DNA of 64,000 bases from an uncultured Spirochaetota bacterium (GTDB taxonomy: Bacteria > Spirochaetota > Spirochaetia > SZUA-6 > Fen-1364). Position numbers and translations under genes: made by a program. How positions within the stretch are numbered: position 1 is the stretch's first letter; every line of letters starts with the position of its first letter. The DNA is taken from assembly GCA_963845535.1 (NCBI GenBank), contig CAWJSK010000019.1, forward strand, positions 416,001 to 480,000, given 5' to 3'. The notes beneath the pieces were generated by a model. That model had not been told where the DNA came from and ran no database searches. It worked only from the letters and a program-made list of their open reading frames with translations. This document shows, one piece after another, positions 40,277 through 50,462 of the stretch.

Positions 40277-40813
40277 GTGTACGAAGACATTTTCATTGCC
40301 GGTTTCGGCGGCCAGGGAGTCATCCTTGCCGGGAAAATCATCTGCCTTGCCGCGATGGGGGAGGGCAAGCACGTATCCCATATCCCCGCCTACGGGGCGG
40401 AGATGCGCGGCGGAACGGCCAACTGCTCGGTGGTGGTTTCCGACGGCGAAATCGCTTCCCCTCTGGTGCCGTCCCCATCGATCTGCATCGTCCTGAACAC
40501 GCCGTCCCTCATCAAGTTCCAGCCCATTGTCCGCGCCGGGGGGCTTTTGATCTGGAACAAATCCCTCATAGACATGAAGCCTGATCGGACCGACATCGAG
40601 GTGCTGGCCATTGCCGCCAACGAGCTCGCGGAGGCGGCCGGGTCCTACAAGGCCGCCAACATGGCGGCTCTGGGTGCGCTCCTCAAGAGGCGCCCCTCCA
40701 TTGCCTCCCTGGACGCCGTGGAGGCATGCCTGGACAAGGCCGTGTCCGCGCGGCACCGCGAGCTCAACGAAATCAACCGCAAGGCCCTTGCAAAGGGTTA
40801 TGAAGCCGCCTAA
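40277..40813 (+). CDS. 2-oxoacid:ferredoxin oxidoreductase gamma subunit
   Basis: AGFGGQG, YGAEMRGG, ANMAALG. Confidence 0.92.
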   Translation: MYEDIFIAGFGGQGVILAGKIICLAAMGEGKHVSHIPAYGAEMRGGTANCSVVVSDGEIASPLVPSPSICIVLNTPSLIKFQPIVRAGGLLIWNKSLIDMKPDRTDIEVLAIAANELAEAAGSYKAANMAALGALLKRRPSIASLDAVEACLDKAVSARHRELNEINRKALAKGYEAA

Positions 40814-41504
40814 GGGGGCAGACGCCCGGTTTCGGTTCCTTTTCTGGCGGACTGACTTCGTCGGCATCGCCATGATCGTGAGCGGGCTCTTCTTCCTGCT
40901 CGTCAACTTCAAGCTCGTCCCCGTCAGCGCATTCGTTCTTCCCCGCGTGCTCGGGGTGCTGTTCATTGTCGTGGGACTGATCTTCCTGTTCCTCTCCGGG
41001 GCGGGGAGCTGGATGTCATGGTTCGTCATCCCCGCGGGAGAGCTTATAACCTGCGGCATTGTGACGCTCATCCTGGGGCTCGGGGGAATTTTTACCCTGG
41101 ATTCAGCAGGGTTCTTCGCGCTGGGACTCGGGCTTTCGTTTTTGACCCTTTTCTTTTCCCTGCGCAGCCACTGGTGGATGCTGATACCGGCGGGCTTCTC
41201 CATAGGGGCCGCGGCAGGGATCCTGGTTGGCAGCCACTACGCGCTGATCGGCTGGCATCCCGTCATTCCCCTGTTCTTCCTTGGCGTGGCATTTCTCGTG
41301 ATCTACCTGTACTCAGTCCAGCGGCAGCGTATGCGCTGGAGCCTCCTGGTCGGCTTCATCATCGTTTCCGTCTCCTTCCTGTACCTCCTGGGAATCCTCC
41401 TTGCCCGCTGGAGCATCCTCTGGCCCGTGGTGCTGCTCCTGGCGGGGCTTCTCATTCCGATTTGGATCGTATTCATCGACAGGCGGGCCGGAGGCAGGAT
41501 CTGA
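40800..41504 (+). CDS. Multi-pass membrane protein of unknown function
   Basis: About 8 hydrophobic segments with a repeated W-x2-IPAG motif. Confidence 0.7.
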   Translation: MKPPKGADARFRFLFWRTDFVGIAMIVSGLFFLLVNFKLVPVSAFVLPRVLGVLFIVVGLIFLFLSGAGSWMSWFVIPAGELITCGIVTLILGLGGIFTLDSAGFFALGLGLSFLTLFFSLRSHWWMLIPAGFSIGAAAGILVGSHYALIGWHPVIPLFFLGVAFLVIYLYSVQRQRMRWSLLVGFIIVSVSFLYLLGILLARWSILWPVVLLLAGLLIPIWIVFIDRRAGGRI

Positions 41505-42910
41505 TGCCGACCCGTCTTGTGTTCCTGGGGGCAGCCCGGAGCGTTACCGGATCCCGTTTCCTGCTGGAATCAGACGGCGCCATGATCCTCGTGGACTGCG
41601 GTCTTTCCCAGGAGCGGGACTTGCAGGCAAAAAACTGGGAGCCGTTTCCCATTGCGCCGGACCGCATAGACGCGCTTCTCCTGACCCATGCCCACCTGGA
41701 TCACTGCGGGCTGATCCCCCGGCTGGTAAAAGAAGGCTTCCACGGGAAGATATTCACCACCGGACCAACCGCGGAGATCGCGCAGATCGTGATGGCGGAT
41801 TCCGCGCGTCTGCAGGTTGAAGACGCGGAGAACAAGAAGTCGCGCCACGCCCGGGAAGGGCGTGAGAGTCCCCGACCTCTTGCGCCCCTGTACACGGAGA
41901 AAGACGCCCAAAACGCGTCATCTTTGTTTCAGACCGTGGAGTTCCAGCAGAGCGTCAGCGTGGCTCGCGGCATCCAGGCTGAGTTCTTCGAAGCCGGGCA
42001 CATCCTGGGCTCCGCTTCCATCAGGGTCAGGTTCGGCACAAACTCTGACGCGCGGACGGTGCTTTTTTCCGGAGACATCGGCCGCTGGGACAGGCCCATC
42101 ATCAATGATCCCAGCCCCTGCGACCAGGCGGACTACGTGCTGATGGAATCCACCTATGGGGACTCCCTGCACGGCAGTGACGCCGAGATAACACAGACGC
42201 TGGAGAAGGTGGTCACGGGAACCGTTGCGGCGGGCGGGAACGTGGTGATCCCCAGCTTCGCCATCGAGCGGTCCCAGGAGGTGTTGTACTATCTCAACAA
42301 CCTCCTTCTCGCGAACAAGATCCCGCATCTGCTCGTCTTCCTCGACAGCCCCATGGCCTCGAAGGTCACAGACGTTTTCAGCCATTGGCCCGACTTCTTT
42401 GACACCGACATGCGTGAGTTGATCCGCCAGAACCGCTCGCCCTTCGATCTGCCAGGGCTCGTCATGGCCCGAAGCAGGGAAGACTCCAAGGCAATCAACA
42501 GGATAGCCGGCAGCGTGGTCATCATTGCAGGGGCGGGCATGTGCACGGGAGGGCGGATCAAGCATCACCTCGTCAGGAACATCTCACGCCCGGAAAGCGC
42601 GGTGCTTTTTGTCGGATACCAGGCGCAGGGGACTCTTGGCCGCCAGATCGTGGAAGGAGCCGCGGAGGTCCGCGTCCTCGGGGAACGGCAGGCGGTAAGG
42701 GCAAAAATAGCGCGAATCTCGGGGTTTTCGGGCCACGCGGACCGTGAAGAGCTCCTGCGCTGGGCGTCATTCATCAAGCGGCCGCCGCGGACTGCGTTCA
42801 TCATTCACGGTGAGCCGCAGGTTTCAGAGCATTTCCGTTCGACGCTTGCGGAGAAGAAGGGGTGGAACGCCATTGTTCCATCACCCGGCCAATCGGTTCA
42901 GCTGAGCTGA
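41504..42910 (+). CDS. MBL-fold beta-CASP nuclease (YSH1/CPSF-like)
   Basis: LTHAHLDHCG, AGHILGS, MESTYG, FSGHAD, IHGE. Confidence 0.92.
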   Translation: MPTRLVFLGAARSVTGSRFLLESDGAMILVDCGLSQERDLQAKNWEPFPIAPDRIDALLLTHAHLDHCGLIPRLVKEGFHGKIFTTGPTAEIAQIVMADSARLQVEDAENKKSRHAREGRESPRPLAPLYTEKDAQNASSLFQTVEFQQSVSVARGIQAEFFEAGHILGSASIRVRFGTNSDARTVLFSGDIGRWDRPIINDPSPCDQADYVLMESTYGDSLHGSDAEITQTLEKVVTGTVAAGGNVVIPSFAIERSQEVLYYLNNLLLANKIPHLLVFLDSPMASKVTDVFSHWPDFFDTDMRELIRQNRSPFDLPGLVMARSREDSKAINRIAGSVVIIAGAGMCTGGRIKHHLVRNISRPESAVLFVGYQAQGTLGRQIVEGAAEVRVLGERQAVRAKIARISGFSGHADREELLRWASFIKRPPRTAFIIHGEPQVSEHFRSTLAEKKGWNAIVPSPGQSVQLS

Positions 42911-42944
42911 CAGAAGAAGCCTCTGCTCGCGGAGGTGAAAACCC

Positions 42945-44603
42945 TCAATATTTGAAGGCGCTCTCTCCGATGAACTCACGCAGGATGGAGGTGGCGGGCA
43001 CCCATTGGGGGTGAAGCGGCGCGAAGTTTTCCAGGAAGGAAAGCAGGCGGCGCGCCTCCTGGTATTCCGGGAGGTCCGGCTTGACGGATGCGAGCAGCGG
43101 TTCGGCGTACACCTTGAGCACGGCCAACTCGTAGTCGAGCGCCGAGTTGAAGGCCGAGTCGGCGGCGTTCTGGAAAGGAAAGATGTTTCGATCCTCACCC
43201 CGCCGCACGGAAGGCCACATGGTAAGCGTTTGCCCCGCGGAATGGCCTCGGAACTGGTTGTCCCTCACCATCCTTCTGATGAGCCGGTTGTCCGTGGTGG
43301 CAATCCTGTTGTGGTCGTCGAGGTTGAGCTGCGTCAGCGCGGAGACGTACACCTTGTGCTTCTGGTCCCGCGGAACCAGCGGCGTGAGGGCATCGTTCAA
43401 GCCATGGATCCCCTCCAGGATGAGGATTGCGCGCTCGGGAAAGCGCATGCGCAATCCAGCGGGCTTGCGCTTGCCGGCGTGAAAGTCGAAAAGCGGCGTC
43501 TCCACCTCTTCACCGGCGAGCAGACCGACGAGGTGCTTGTTCAGCAGCTCGACGTCCAGGGCCTCCAGGGATTCAAAGTCGGGCTTCCCTTCCTCATCCA
43601 ACGGCGTGAGCTCATGAGGTTTGTAATAGTCGTCCAGGGAGATGGTGACGGGATTCCTGCCTACAACGCGAAGCTGGATCATCAGTTTCTTGGAGAACGT
43701 GGTCTTGCCGGACGATGAAGGGCCGGCAATCAGGACGCAACGGACGGCTTCCCTTTTCGCCGTGATCCTGTCCGCGATTTCCGCGATCTTCTTGTTCTGG
43801 AGGGCTTCCGCCACCTGCACGAACTCCTGGATCCCGCCATCACGTATCAGCTCGTCGAGCCTTCCGACGGAGCCCACCCGGAGTATTTTTCCCCAGTTTT
43901 TGTATTCCCGGTAGATGGAGTACAGCACGGGGTTGTCCTGGAACGGGCCGAGGTCCTCCGGCGCGTGCGATGACGGGTAGCGCAGCAGGAATCCCGGCGG
44001 ATACCCTTTGATCCCGAAAACGGAAAGCAGCCCCGTGCACGGTACGAGCGGGCCGTGGGACAGGTCCAGGTATCCCTCGCAGGAGTTGACCCTGATGGAC
44101 GGGTCGTTGCGATTCTTCAGGAGCAGGACGGTGTCGGGCTGGTTGTGCTTCTCGAAATACTCCACCGCCTCCCGGTAGGAAAGCAACAAGGAGATGATTG
44201 GCGCGTCCCGTGCGACGATTTCCCGCATGGCGCTTTCGAGGCGCTCCACATCCGAAGCGGAAAGCCCCTCCATTCCGTCCAGGTAGTAGAAGTAGCTCTG
44301 CCCTAATGAATGCCCAATAATGAGCCTGTGCCGGGGGAACGCCTTCTTTGAAGCCATGGACAGGAGGAAGCACAGCGACTTCCTGTAGATGAGAACCCCT
44401 TCCTTGCTTTCCAGGTCCACGGGTTCCAGCGTGCAGTTCACCGTCAGGGCGGATTCCAGGCTCACCACTTCGTTGTTGAGCCGGGCGGCAACCGCGGCAT
44501 GCGCGCTCCTGGGAAAGCAGGGGTCTGCGGCGGCCTCCCGTACGGGAGTGCCGGCCAGGAACTCACGCGCCTGCCCGTTGGGGTAGGTCACCCGGACATT
44601 CAT
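42945..44603 (-). CDS. Nucleoside (uridine) kinase family protein with ThrRS-like N-terminal domains
   Basis: TGS-like start, YRKSLCF, AGPSSSGKTT, LDDYY, EGIHGLN. Confidence 0.88.
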   Translation of the reverse strand: MNVRVTYPNGQAREFLAGTPVREAAADPCFPRSAHAAVAARLNNEVVSLESALTVNCTLEPVDLESKEGVLIYRKSLCFLLSMASKKAFPRHRLIIGHSLGQSYFYYLDGMEGLSASDVERLESAMREIVARDAPIISLLLSYREAVEYFEKHNQPDTVLLLKNRNDPSIRVNSCEGYLDLSHGPLVPCTGLLSVFGIKGYPPGFLLRYPSSHAPEDLGPFQDNPVLYSIYREYKNWGKILRVGSVGRLDELIRDGGIQEFVQVAEALQNKKIAEIADRITAKREAVRCVLIAGPSSSGKTTFSKKLMIQLRVVGRNPVTISLDDYYKPHELTPLDEEGKPDFESLEALDVELLNKHLVGLLAGEEVETPLFDFHAGKRKPAGLRMRFPERAILILEGIHGLNDALTPLVPRDQKHKVYVSALTQLNLDDHNRIATTDNRLIRRMVRDNQFRGHSAGQTLTMWPSVRRGEDRNIFPFQNAADSAFNSALDYELAVLKVYAEPLLASVKPDLPEYQEARRLLSFLENFAPLHPQWVPATSILREFIGESAFKY

Positions 44604-45763
44604 ATCATGTCCCTGATGAGCTTCGACTCCTCCGTGCCGAGCACCCGCGCGATTCCCAGCCCTTTTCCTTCCGTGATCTGGACGAGGGGCGGGTCATCGA
44701 GCTTCATCCCTTGCGGGTCCACCACGACCCGGACAACCGGGCAGCGCGGCCGCGCCGGGTCAGTCCGCGTCACAAGACCCTTGCTGTTGTTGGTGAGCAG
44801 CACCGCGGTTCCCACGGGGTACACCGACAGCGTGTACACGAAGGCCTTGAGCACCTTGTCATCGTAATGGCCGCGGTGCTTCTGGAGGAGGTCTTTGATG
44901 GAGGAATGGCCGTCGAGAGGCTCCGATTTGAACGGACGGCTGGAGACCATTGCATCATACGAGCAGGCCACGGCAATGATCTTGGCGTACTCTGTGATCT
45001 TGTCTCCCGAAAGCCCGCGCGGGTAGCCGGTCCCGTCCACCCTTTCGTGATGCTCGAGAGCGGCGAGCGCGACGTTCTCAGGCGCCGAGAAGCCCTTCAG
45101 GATCCTGTACCCCAGGAGCGTGTGGGTGGCGAGGACTTTCTTCTGCTCATCGTTCAAGGGGTCGGAGGATCGGCGCAGCTCCACGGGAAGCTTGAACATG
45201 CCGATCTCGTGCAGGAGGCACGCGTTACCCAGCTCAATGAGGCGATGCGGAGGAGCCTTGAGGAACTCCCCGATGGCGATGGAAAGGATGGTCGTGTTGA
45301 CCGCGTGGCTGATCAGGTACCGGTCCCCTTCCGCGTTCCTGTCGACGAAGCGCAGGAGCGAATCCCGATTGTCGTGCACCATCTGGATGGTCTTCTTGAC
45401 CCACTCGGTGATTTCTCCCAGGCGCATGACACCGTCCGCCACGTAGTTGGCGAACAGCGCGGATGCGAACCCTGAGAGCTCCCGGTAGAACGTACGGGCG
45501 GCCGCCGCCTGCTTGTTTGCCGCGATGTCTTCGTCGATTGTCTGCGGCGCCACGCTTGTGGACTCCGAGCCGGAGAGGTAGCTCGGGACATCTTTCCTGG
45601 TCCCGTCAGAAAAGACTTCCGTGTACTTCCACTTCCTCAGCCTGTTGGTCAGCTCCGGCGTGACAGGGGAATCCGGCGTGAGGAGGATGAACCCCTTGTC
45701 GAGGAAAACGGGTTGATCGAAATAAATGTTGGGCGTCAACTCCGATAGTGACATGCCCCTCAT
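44600..45763 (-). CDS. HD-GYP domain c-di-GMP phosphodiesterase-like protein
   Basis: HAVN, LLHEIG (HD to HE), HHERVDGTGYP. Confidence 0.85.
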   Translation of the reverse strand: MRGMSLSELTPNIYFDQPVFLDKGFILLTPDSPVTPELTNRLRKWKYTEVFSDGTRKDVPSYLSGSESTSVAPQTIDEDIAANKQAAAARTFYRELSGFASALFANYVADGVMRLGEITEWVKKTIQMVHDNRDSLLRFVDRNAEGDRYLISHAVNTTILSIAIGEFLKAPPHRLIELGNACLLHEIGMFKLPVELRRSSDPLNDEQKKVLATHTLLGYRILKGFSAPENVALAALEHHERVDGTGYPRGLSGDKITEYAKIIAVACSYDAMVSSRPFKSEPLDGHSSIKDLLQKHRGHYDDKVLKAFVYTLSVYPVGTAVLLTNNSKGLVTRTDPARPRCPVVRVVVDPQGMKLDDPPLVQITEGKGLGIARVLGTEESKLIRDMI

Positions 45764-45849
45764 GGTCTGTAGTCCCTTCTCCCCTTTACTGGGGACCCCT
45801 TTTCTCCTACTATATCGCGCCTAGTCTACTCTCAGTATAGGGGTTTTTC

Positions 45850-46665
45850 ATGAAATTGAAAGCCATCTTCGTGATACTCAATGTCGTCCTTGGGGTTGCA
45901 TTCCTCGTGATCTTTCTTACGCCCGTCTTTATGCTGGGGGGGGACTGGTCCTCGCTGTTCTGGTCTCGGAACTGGCCCATCGCGCTTGTGTTCCTCGCCG
46001 CCCTCGCGGCGGTCGACGCTTATTTCATCCTCAACTGGAGGCTCTTCGACGGGCTGGAACGGGAGGATTGGACGAGCGTGGCGGGTTTTTTGGAGAAGAG
46101 GATATACCACCACGGCTGGGTGTCCGCCATGCGCGTCCGACTGCTCCTCAACACGTACCTGGTGACCTCCAACACGGAGAGCATCCGCGCGCTGGAGACT
46201 TTTCTTCGAGGCCGAAAACCGCGCCTCATCCCCCAGTTCAGCCTTCAGTTCGGCATCCCCTATCTGCTGGCGAAAGACCCCAAGGAGCCCGAAACTTTTT
46301 TCCGCGGCCTCCTGGCAACAAAAAAGGTGTCGGACAGGGACTGGGTCAGATGGAACCACGCTTTCAGCCTGCTGCAGATGAAATCCGCGGAGGAGGCAAA
46401 GGCCGAGCTTTCGGAGCTTTCGAAATCCGATCGGGACCCCGTGCTCCAGCTTCTCTCCCTCTACCTCCTGGACGTGGTTGCCAAGGATGATCCTGCCCTC
46501 GAAACGGAAGTGTCAGCGCTGCGTGAAAACCTTCGCGCGCGCTCGACGCGGGAGCAGATCATCAAGGCAATCGAAAAAGCCGGCAACAACATGGAGGTCA
46601 TCGTGCTCTCCCGGATGCTGCACGACGCGGTGGAGTGGCTTTTCGCGGCGCCCGCCGTGACGTAA
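45850..46665 (+). CDS. Conserved hypothetical membrane-anchored protein
   Basis: Two N-terminal TMs followed by a helical domain; coding-like codon usage. Confidence 0.7.
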   Translation: MKLKAIFVILNVVLGVAFLVIFLTPVFMLGGDWSSLFWSRNWPIALVFLAALAAVDAYFILNWRLFDGLEREDWTSVAGFLEKRIYHHGWVSAMRVRLLLNTYLVTSNTESIRALETFLRGRKPRLIPQFSLQFGIPYLLAKDPKEPETFFRGLLATKKVSDRDWVRWNHAFSLLQMKSAEEAKAELSELSKSDRDPVLQLLSLYLLDVVAKDDPALETEVSALRENLRARSTREQIIKAIEKAGNNMEVIVLSRMLHDAVEWLFAAPAVT

Positions 46666-46676
46666 GGTCGGCTCGC

Positions 46677-47714
46677 ATGCCCGTGAAGAAGAAGCGGGGA
46701 CTCGCCTTCCTTGCGCTCACCGTTCTTCTTTTTGCCGCGGTCATTGCCGGCCTCTGCGTCGGAACCGTGCCCATCAAACCGCTGTCCGTGCTCGCCATGG
46801 CCGCGCGGTCACTCGGCCTGCCCCTGTTCGCGGCGCCGGACGCCACCACGGTCACCATCGTCAGCGAGCTGCGCCTGCCGCGCGTGATAGCGGCGGTGCT
46901 CGTGGGCTGCTCCCTCGCCGTTTGCGGCGTGGTCATGCAAGGGCTGTTCAGGAACCCGATGGCAAGCCCGGAAATCCTCGGCGTTTCCGCGGGCGGCAGC
47001 CTGGGGGCCGTCATCGCCATAACGACGGGCTTCGTGGAAACGTCACAGCTTCTCATGCCGGTATTCACAATCGCGGGGGCGTTTCTTTCAACGACCCTGA
47101 TCTACCTCCTTTCCAGCTCGCGGGGAACAACGTCTCTTTTTTTCATCATCATTTCCGGAATGGCCATTTCCGCGCTCTGCGGCGGGGTGACCTCGGGTCT
47201 GCTTTTGTTTGCCCGCCAATACGAGGTGAGCCAGTACGTCTTCTGGACCATGGGGGGCCTTGACGGCCGCACCTGGCAGCACGTGCTGCTCTCAGCGCCA
47301 GTCCTTGTTCCCGGAGTCATCGCGCTCTCCCTTTTCTCCCGCGAGCTGAACCTCTTCAGCCTGGGGGAGGAAGGAGCGCATTCTCTCGGCGTATCCGTGG
47401 AGACGGTCAAGCGCATCCTGCTGGCGCTCAGCGCGGTTGTCACAGGGGTCGCAATTTCCGTGACAGGCCCAATCGGTTTCATCGGGCTCCTCGTGCCGCA
47501 CCTCTTGAGGATGCTGATTGGTCCCGATCATCGGCGGCTGATCCTCGCCTCTGCGTTGGGAGGCGGGCTGTTCCTCGTCGTCTGCGACCTGATTGGCCGC
47601 TCCATTGCGCCGCCGTTCGAGATACGGGTCGGCATCATCACTGCCGTCATCGGCAGCCCGTACCTCCTGAGCCTCGTCCTGCGCGCGCAGAGGCGTGCGG
47701 TGAGTGTGCAGTGA
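46677..47714 (+). CDS. Iron-chelate/cobalamin ABC permease (BtuC/FecCD)
   Basis: LRLPRV, QGLFRNPMA, LGEEGAHSLG, IGFIGLLVPH. Confidence 0.92.
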   Translation: MPVKKKRGLAFLALTVLLFAAVIAGLCVGTVPIKPLSVLAMAARSLGLPLFAAPDATTVTIVSELRLPRVIAAVLVGCSLAVCGVVMQGLFRNPMASPEILGVSAGGSLGAVIAITTGFVETSQLLMPVFTIAGAFLSTTLIYLLSSSRGTTSLFFIIISGMAISALCGGVTSGLLLFARQYEVSQYVFWTMGGLDGRTWQHVLLSAPVLVPGVIALSLFSRELNLFSLGEEGAHSLGVSVETVKRILLALSAVVTGVAISVTGPIGFIGLLVPHLLRMLIGPDHRRLILASALGGGLFLVVCDLIGRSIAPPFEIRVGIITAVIGSPYLLSLVLRAQRRAVSVQ

Positions 47715-48975
47715 GCGCAGTGAGCGAGCAGTGACGGCCCTTGTCGAGGCGGCCGGGCTTGTATGGTCCGCGGGCCCCAAGCGCATCATCGACTCGATCG
47801 ACCTTTCGGTGGACCGAGGGGAGCTTGTCGGGATCATCGGACCCAACGGCTCCGGAAAAACCTCCCTTCTGCGGCTGCTGTCGGGAGCCCTTCGTCCCAC
47901 AAGCGGCGAAGTGCGTCTTTGCGGGCGCCTGCTCCCGGAAATGAGCGCGCGCGAGCGTGCCCGGCTCCTTGCCTGGATGAGCCAGGAGGCCCTTTTTGCC
48001 CCGGCGTTTACGGTGATGGAAGTCCTGCTCATGGGCAGGTATCCGTACCGGGGAAGATTCGACCCGGAGTCCGCCCAGGACAAGCAAATGGCCCTGGACG
48101 CCCTGTCAGTGGTCGGGCTGCCGGGCCTCGAAGACAGGGTCATGGGGGAGCTCTCCGGCGGTGAACGCCAGCTCGTGCTTTTTGCGAAGACTCTGGTTCA
48201 GGACACCGACATTTTTCTGCTGGACGAGCCGAGCTCGAGCCTCGACATTGGCCATCAGGACCGGATTTTCTCCATGACGCAGGAGATGGCCCGTTCCGGC
48301 CGTGCCGTGATTGTCTCCGTTCACAACCTCAGTGTGGCCGCCGAATACTGCACGCGCCTTGTTTTGCTGGACAAAGGGGCCATAGCCGCATCCGGCGCGC
48401 CTGAAGCGGTGCTGCGGCCTGAGCTGCTTGACCGTGTCTATGCGGTTCGGACGCTGATCTCAGCGAGCTCCGCCACGGGAAGCTTGACGGTGACCGTTGT
48501 GCCTGGCCGCGCCGTTTCCCGGACGATGAGAGTGCACCTCATCGGCGGGGCGGGCAGCGCGGTGAACCTGACGCGTGAGCTGTATCGCAGGGGGTTCCGT
48601 CTCTCGGGAGGAATTGCGCACGAATACGATTCTGATGAGAAGCTTTGGCGAAGCCTTGCTTTGCCCGTGGAATCCGTGGGCGCTTTCTCGCGGATAGACG
48701 ATGCGGACGTGGCCCGCGCATCCCGCCTTGTCCGTGAAGCCGATGTGACAATCCTTTGCCCGTTCCCCGTTGGCACGGGCAACCTTGGCAACCTGCGGCT
48801 TGCGGGCCACGCGCGCCGGCTCATCATCATGGAGCCCGGTTCTGGAGAGGTGGAGAGGGATTTCTTCTCCCCTGAGGCGGGGGAGATTTTCGAAGAGCTT
48901 CGGGCCGGGGCCACGCTGCTCGGCTACCCGGAGATCGTTTCCCGGCTGACGGCAGAGACTGAAGCCGCGCAGTAG
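47704..48975 (+). CDS. Iron-chelate/cobalamin ABC ATPase (BtuD-like) with C-terminal extension
   Basis: GPNGSGKT, LSGGERQ, LLDEP; extra RVHLIGGAGS domain. Confidence 0.88.
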   Translation: MCSERSERAVTALVEAAGLVWSAGPKRIIDSIDLSVDRGELVGIIGPNGSGKTSLLRLLSGALRPTSGEVRLCGRLLPEMSARERARLLAWMSQEALFAPAFTVMEVLLMGRYPYRGRFDPESAQDKQMALDALSVVGLPGLEDRVMGELSGGERQLVLFAKTLVQDTDIFLLDEPSSSLDIGHQDRIFSMTQEMARSGRAVIVSVHNLSVAAEYCTRLVLLDKGAIAASGAPEAVLRPELLDRVYAVRTLISASSATGSLTVTVVPGRAVSRTMRVHLIGGAGSAVNLTRELYRRGFRLSGGIAHEYDSDEKLWRSLALPVESVGAFSRIDDADVARASRLVREADVTILCPFPVGTGNLGNLRLAGHARRLIIMEPGSGEVERDFFSPEAGEIFEELRAGATLLGYPEIVSRLTAETEAAQ

Positions 48976-49021
48976 GGCGGCTTCAGCCGTATTCGGCGCT
49001 CTTCCCGCCCGCTCCCAACGC

Positions 49022-49633
49022 CTAAACGCCCGTGATCCCGAGGCTTGCTTTCAGGCGATTGATCTCAGCTCGCAAGGACGACGCCACGGGCTTGTACTTC
49101 GACTCGCGATAGGCGCGCAGGTAATCATCCGTGGCCTCCAGGAGCTTTTTCTCCGCTTCGTCGAACTGACGGCAGGCACCGGCGGCAAGCTCTTTGCGCC
49201 CCGTGGCGTTGTAGTAGACGGCGAGGCCCTTGTATGCGGCAAGGAAGTACGGGTCACAGAGGATGGCGGAGTGGAATGAGAGCTCCACCAGGCCGGCTGC
49301 CTGGACCTGACGCGCCGAGCCTTCCGCCATGTCTCCCAGGTGCTGGATGATGTCTCCGGCAAGGCCGACGAACGTGGCAGCGAACGCCGAGAGCGCCTGT
49401 GCCGGGTCCTGCCAGATCTTGGCGAGGTCGACGAAGTTGTTCTTCACGCAATCGTGGTACTCCGCGACGAATACGAGGCGGCTGATCTTCAGAACGTCGC
49501 CTTTGGCATTGTCAATGATTGCCTTCAGGACTTCAGCACGGATGAGGCTCCAATGCGCGCGGCTGGAGAGCGCCCGAAGGAGCTCGTGACTGTCCTTTAT
49601 ATTGAAGAGTTTTTCACTTCCGAATAATGCCAT
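49022..49633 (-). CDS. Hypothetical helical/TPR-like protein
   Basis: 203-codon ORF; AILCDPYFLAAYKGLAVYY is TPR-like. Confidence 0.6.
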   Translation of the reverse strand: MALFGSEKLFNIKDSHELLRALSSRAHWSLIRAEVLKAIIDNAKGDVLKISRLVFVAEYHDCVKNNFVDLAKIWQDPAQALSAFAATFVGLAGDIIQHLGDMAEGSARQVQAAGLVELSFHSAILCDPYFLAAYKGLAVYYNATGRKELAAGACRQFDEAEKKLLEATDDYLRAYRESKYKPVASSLRAEINRLKASLGITGV

Positions 49634-49832
49634 TTCTGCTCCGCAACCCAATAATGCGCTTCAGGCCCAGGAAAGCGTACGATCCCGGGTGCGTACGGGC
49701 AAACTCCACTTTATTGGAGCAACAAAGTATTTTGGATTATGTCCAAAAGCAGTGAAATAGACAAGCGGCTTCTCGGAAAGTACTTCTCGGAGAGTATCTC
49801 GCCTTTCCAGGAATCCTCAAGCTCGTGTCATT

Positions 49833-49994
49833 TCATAGAAAGGCATTTACTCCCTAGAAATATTGCATGCTGAGCAGCCTGACCATCTCCCGTGCGGATG
49901 CCTCTCCGCGATAATGCCGGGCAACCTCAATAAAACCGTGAATGAAGTTATCCGCGAGGATGTGATAGAAAGCTTTGCTCTTGTGATGAAGTTC
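49833..49994 (-). pseudogene. Possible TetR-family C-terminal remnant
   Basis: Reads FYHILADNFIHGFIEVARHY...MVRLLSMQYF*GVNAFL* with an in-frame TAG; resemblance recalled. Confidence 0.35.
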
Positions 49995-50136
49995 TCAAAG
50001 CCCGGTTCCGCTGTGCTCTCTTCCTTCTCCACCATTTGGCTCACGAGGTAGTATGTAGGCTTATTAGCTCGCCTGTCGCAGCCACAGGCGAGCCCGGAGC
50101 GGGCGCTGGCCAACCGGGAACAAGCGGAGGCCAATC

Positions 50137-50426
50137 TGTCCGGGGTCACATAGAATCCCCAGCTGAGCGGGAGCTGGGGTCACGTCAATTCCCCACCCCG
50201 ACGATCGCCGGTAGGGTGTCTCCAGAGGGGAGACATCAAGGATGGGCTATCGAAGGATGAAGAAGCGCGACCTATGGGAGATCTACCGCAGATGGCAGGC
50301 CGGGCAGTCGCTCTCGCACATCGCCGCCAACGAGCGGCGCGATCGTAAAACCGTCCATGGACGATCAACAATTCTACGAGGTAGTTCAGAAGCTGCTGCC
50401 CAGTCGAAACGAGCGTCCAGCTCCTT
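50137..50426 (+). mobile_element. IS21-family remnant: left end plus truncated, internally deleted istA
   Basis: Starts TG; two internal repeats GGGGTCAC-N-(A/T)TCCCCA (50142-50161, 50176-50195); MGYRRMKKRDLWEIYRRWQAGQSLSHIA...RDRKTV HTH typical of IstA. Confidence 0.75.
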
Positions 50427-50462
50427 AAAGCCTGAAAAGAAAGAATTTAAATAAAATTTGCA

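Noticed and set aside
47701..47735. GCAGTGAGC short repeats at the permease/ATPase junction
   Set aside because: Short degenerate repeats at a GTGA start/stop overlap; no evidence of function.
49695..49750. c-di-GMP-I riboswitch (GGGCAAAC...CAAAG)
   Set aside because: Lacks the GNRA loop, the GACGC element and the P3 receptor.
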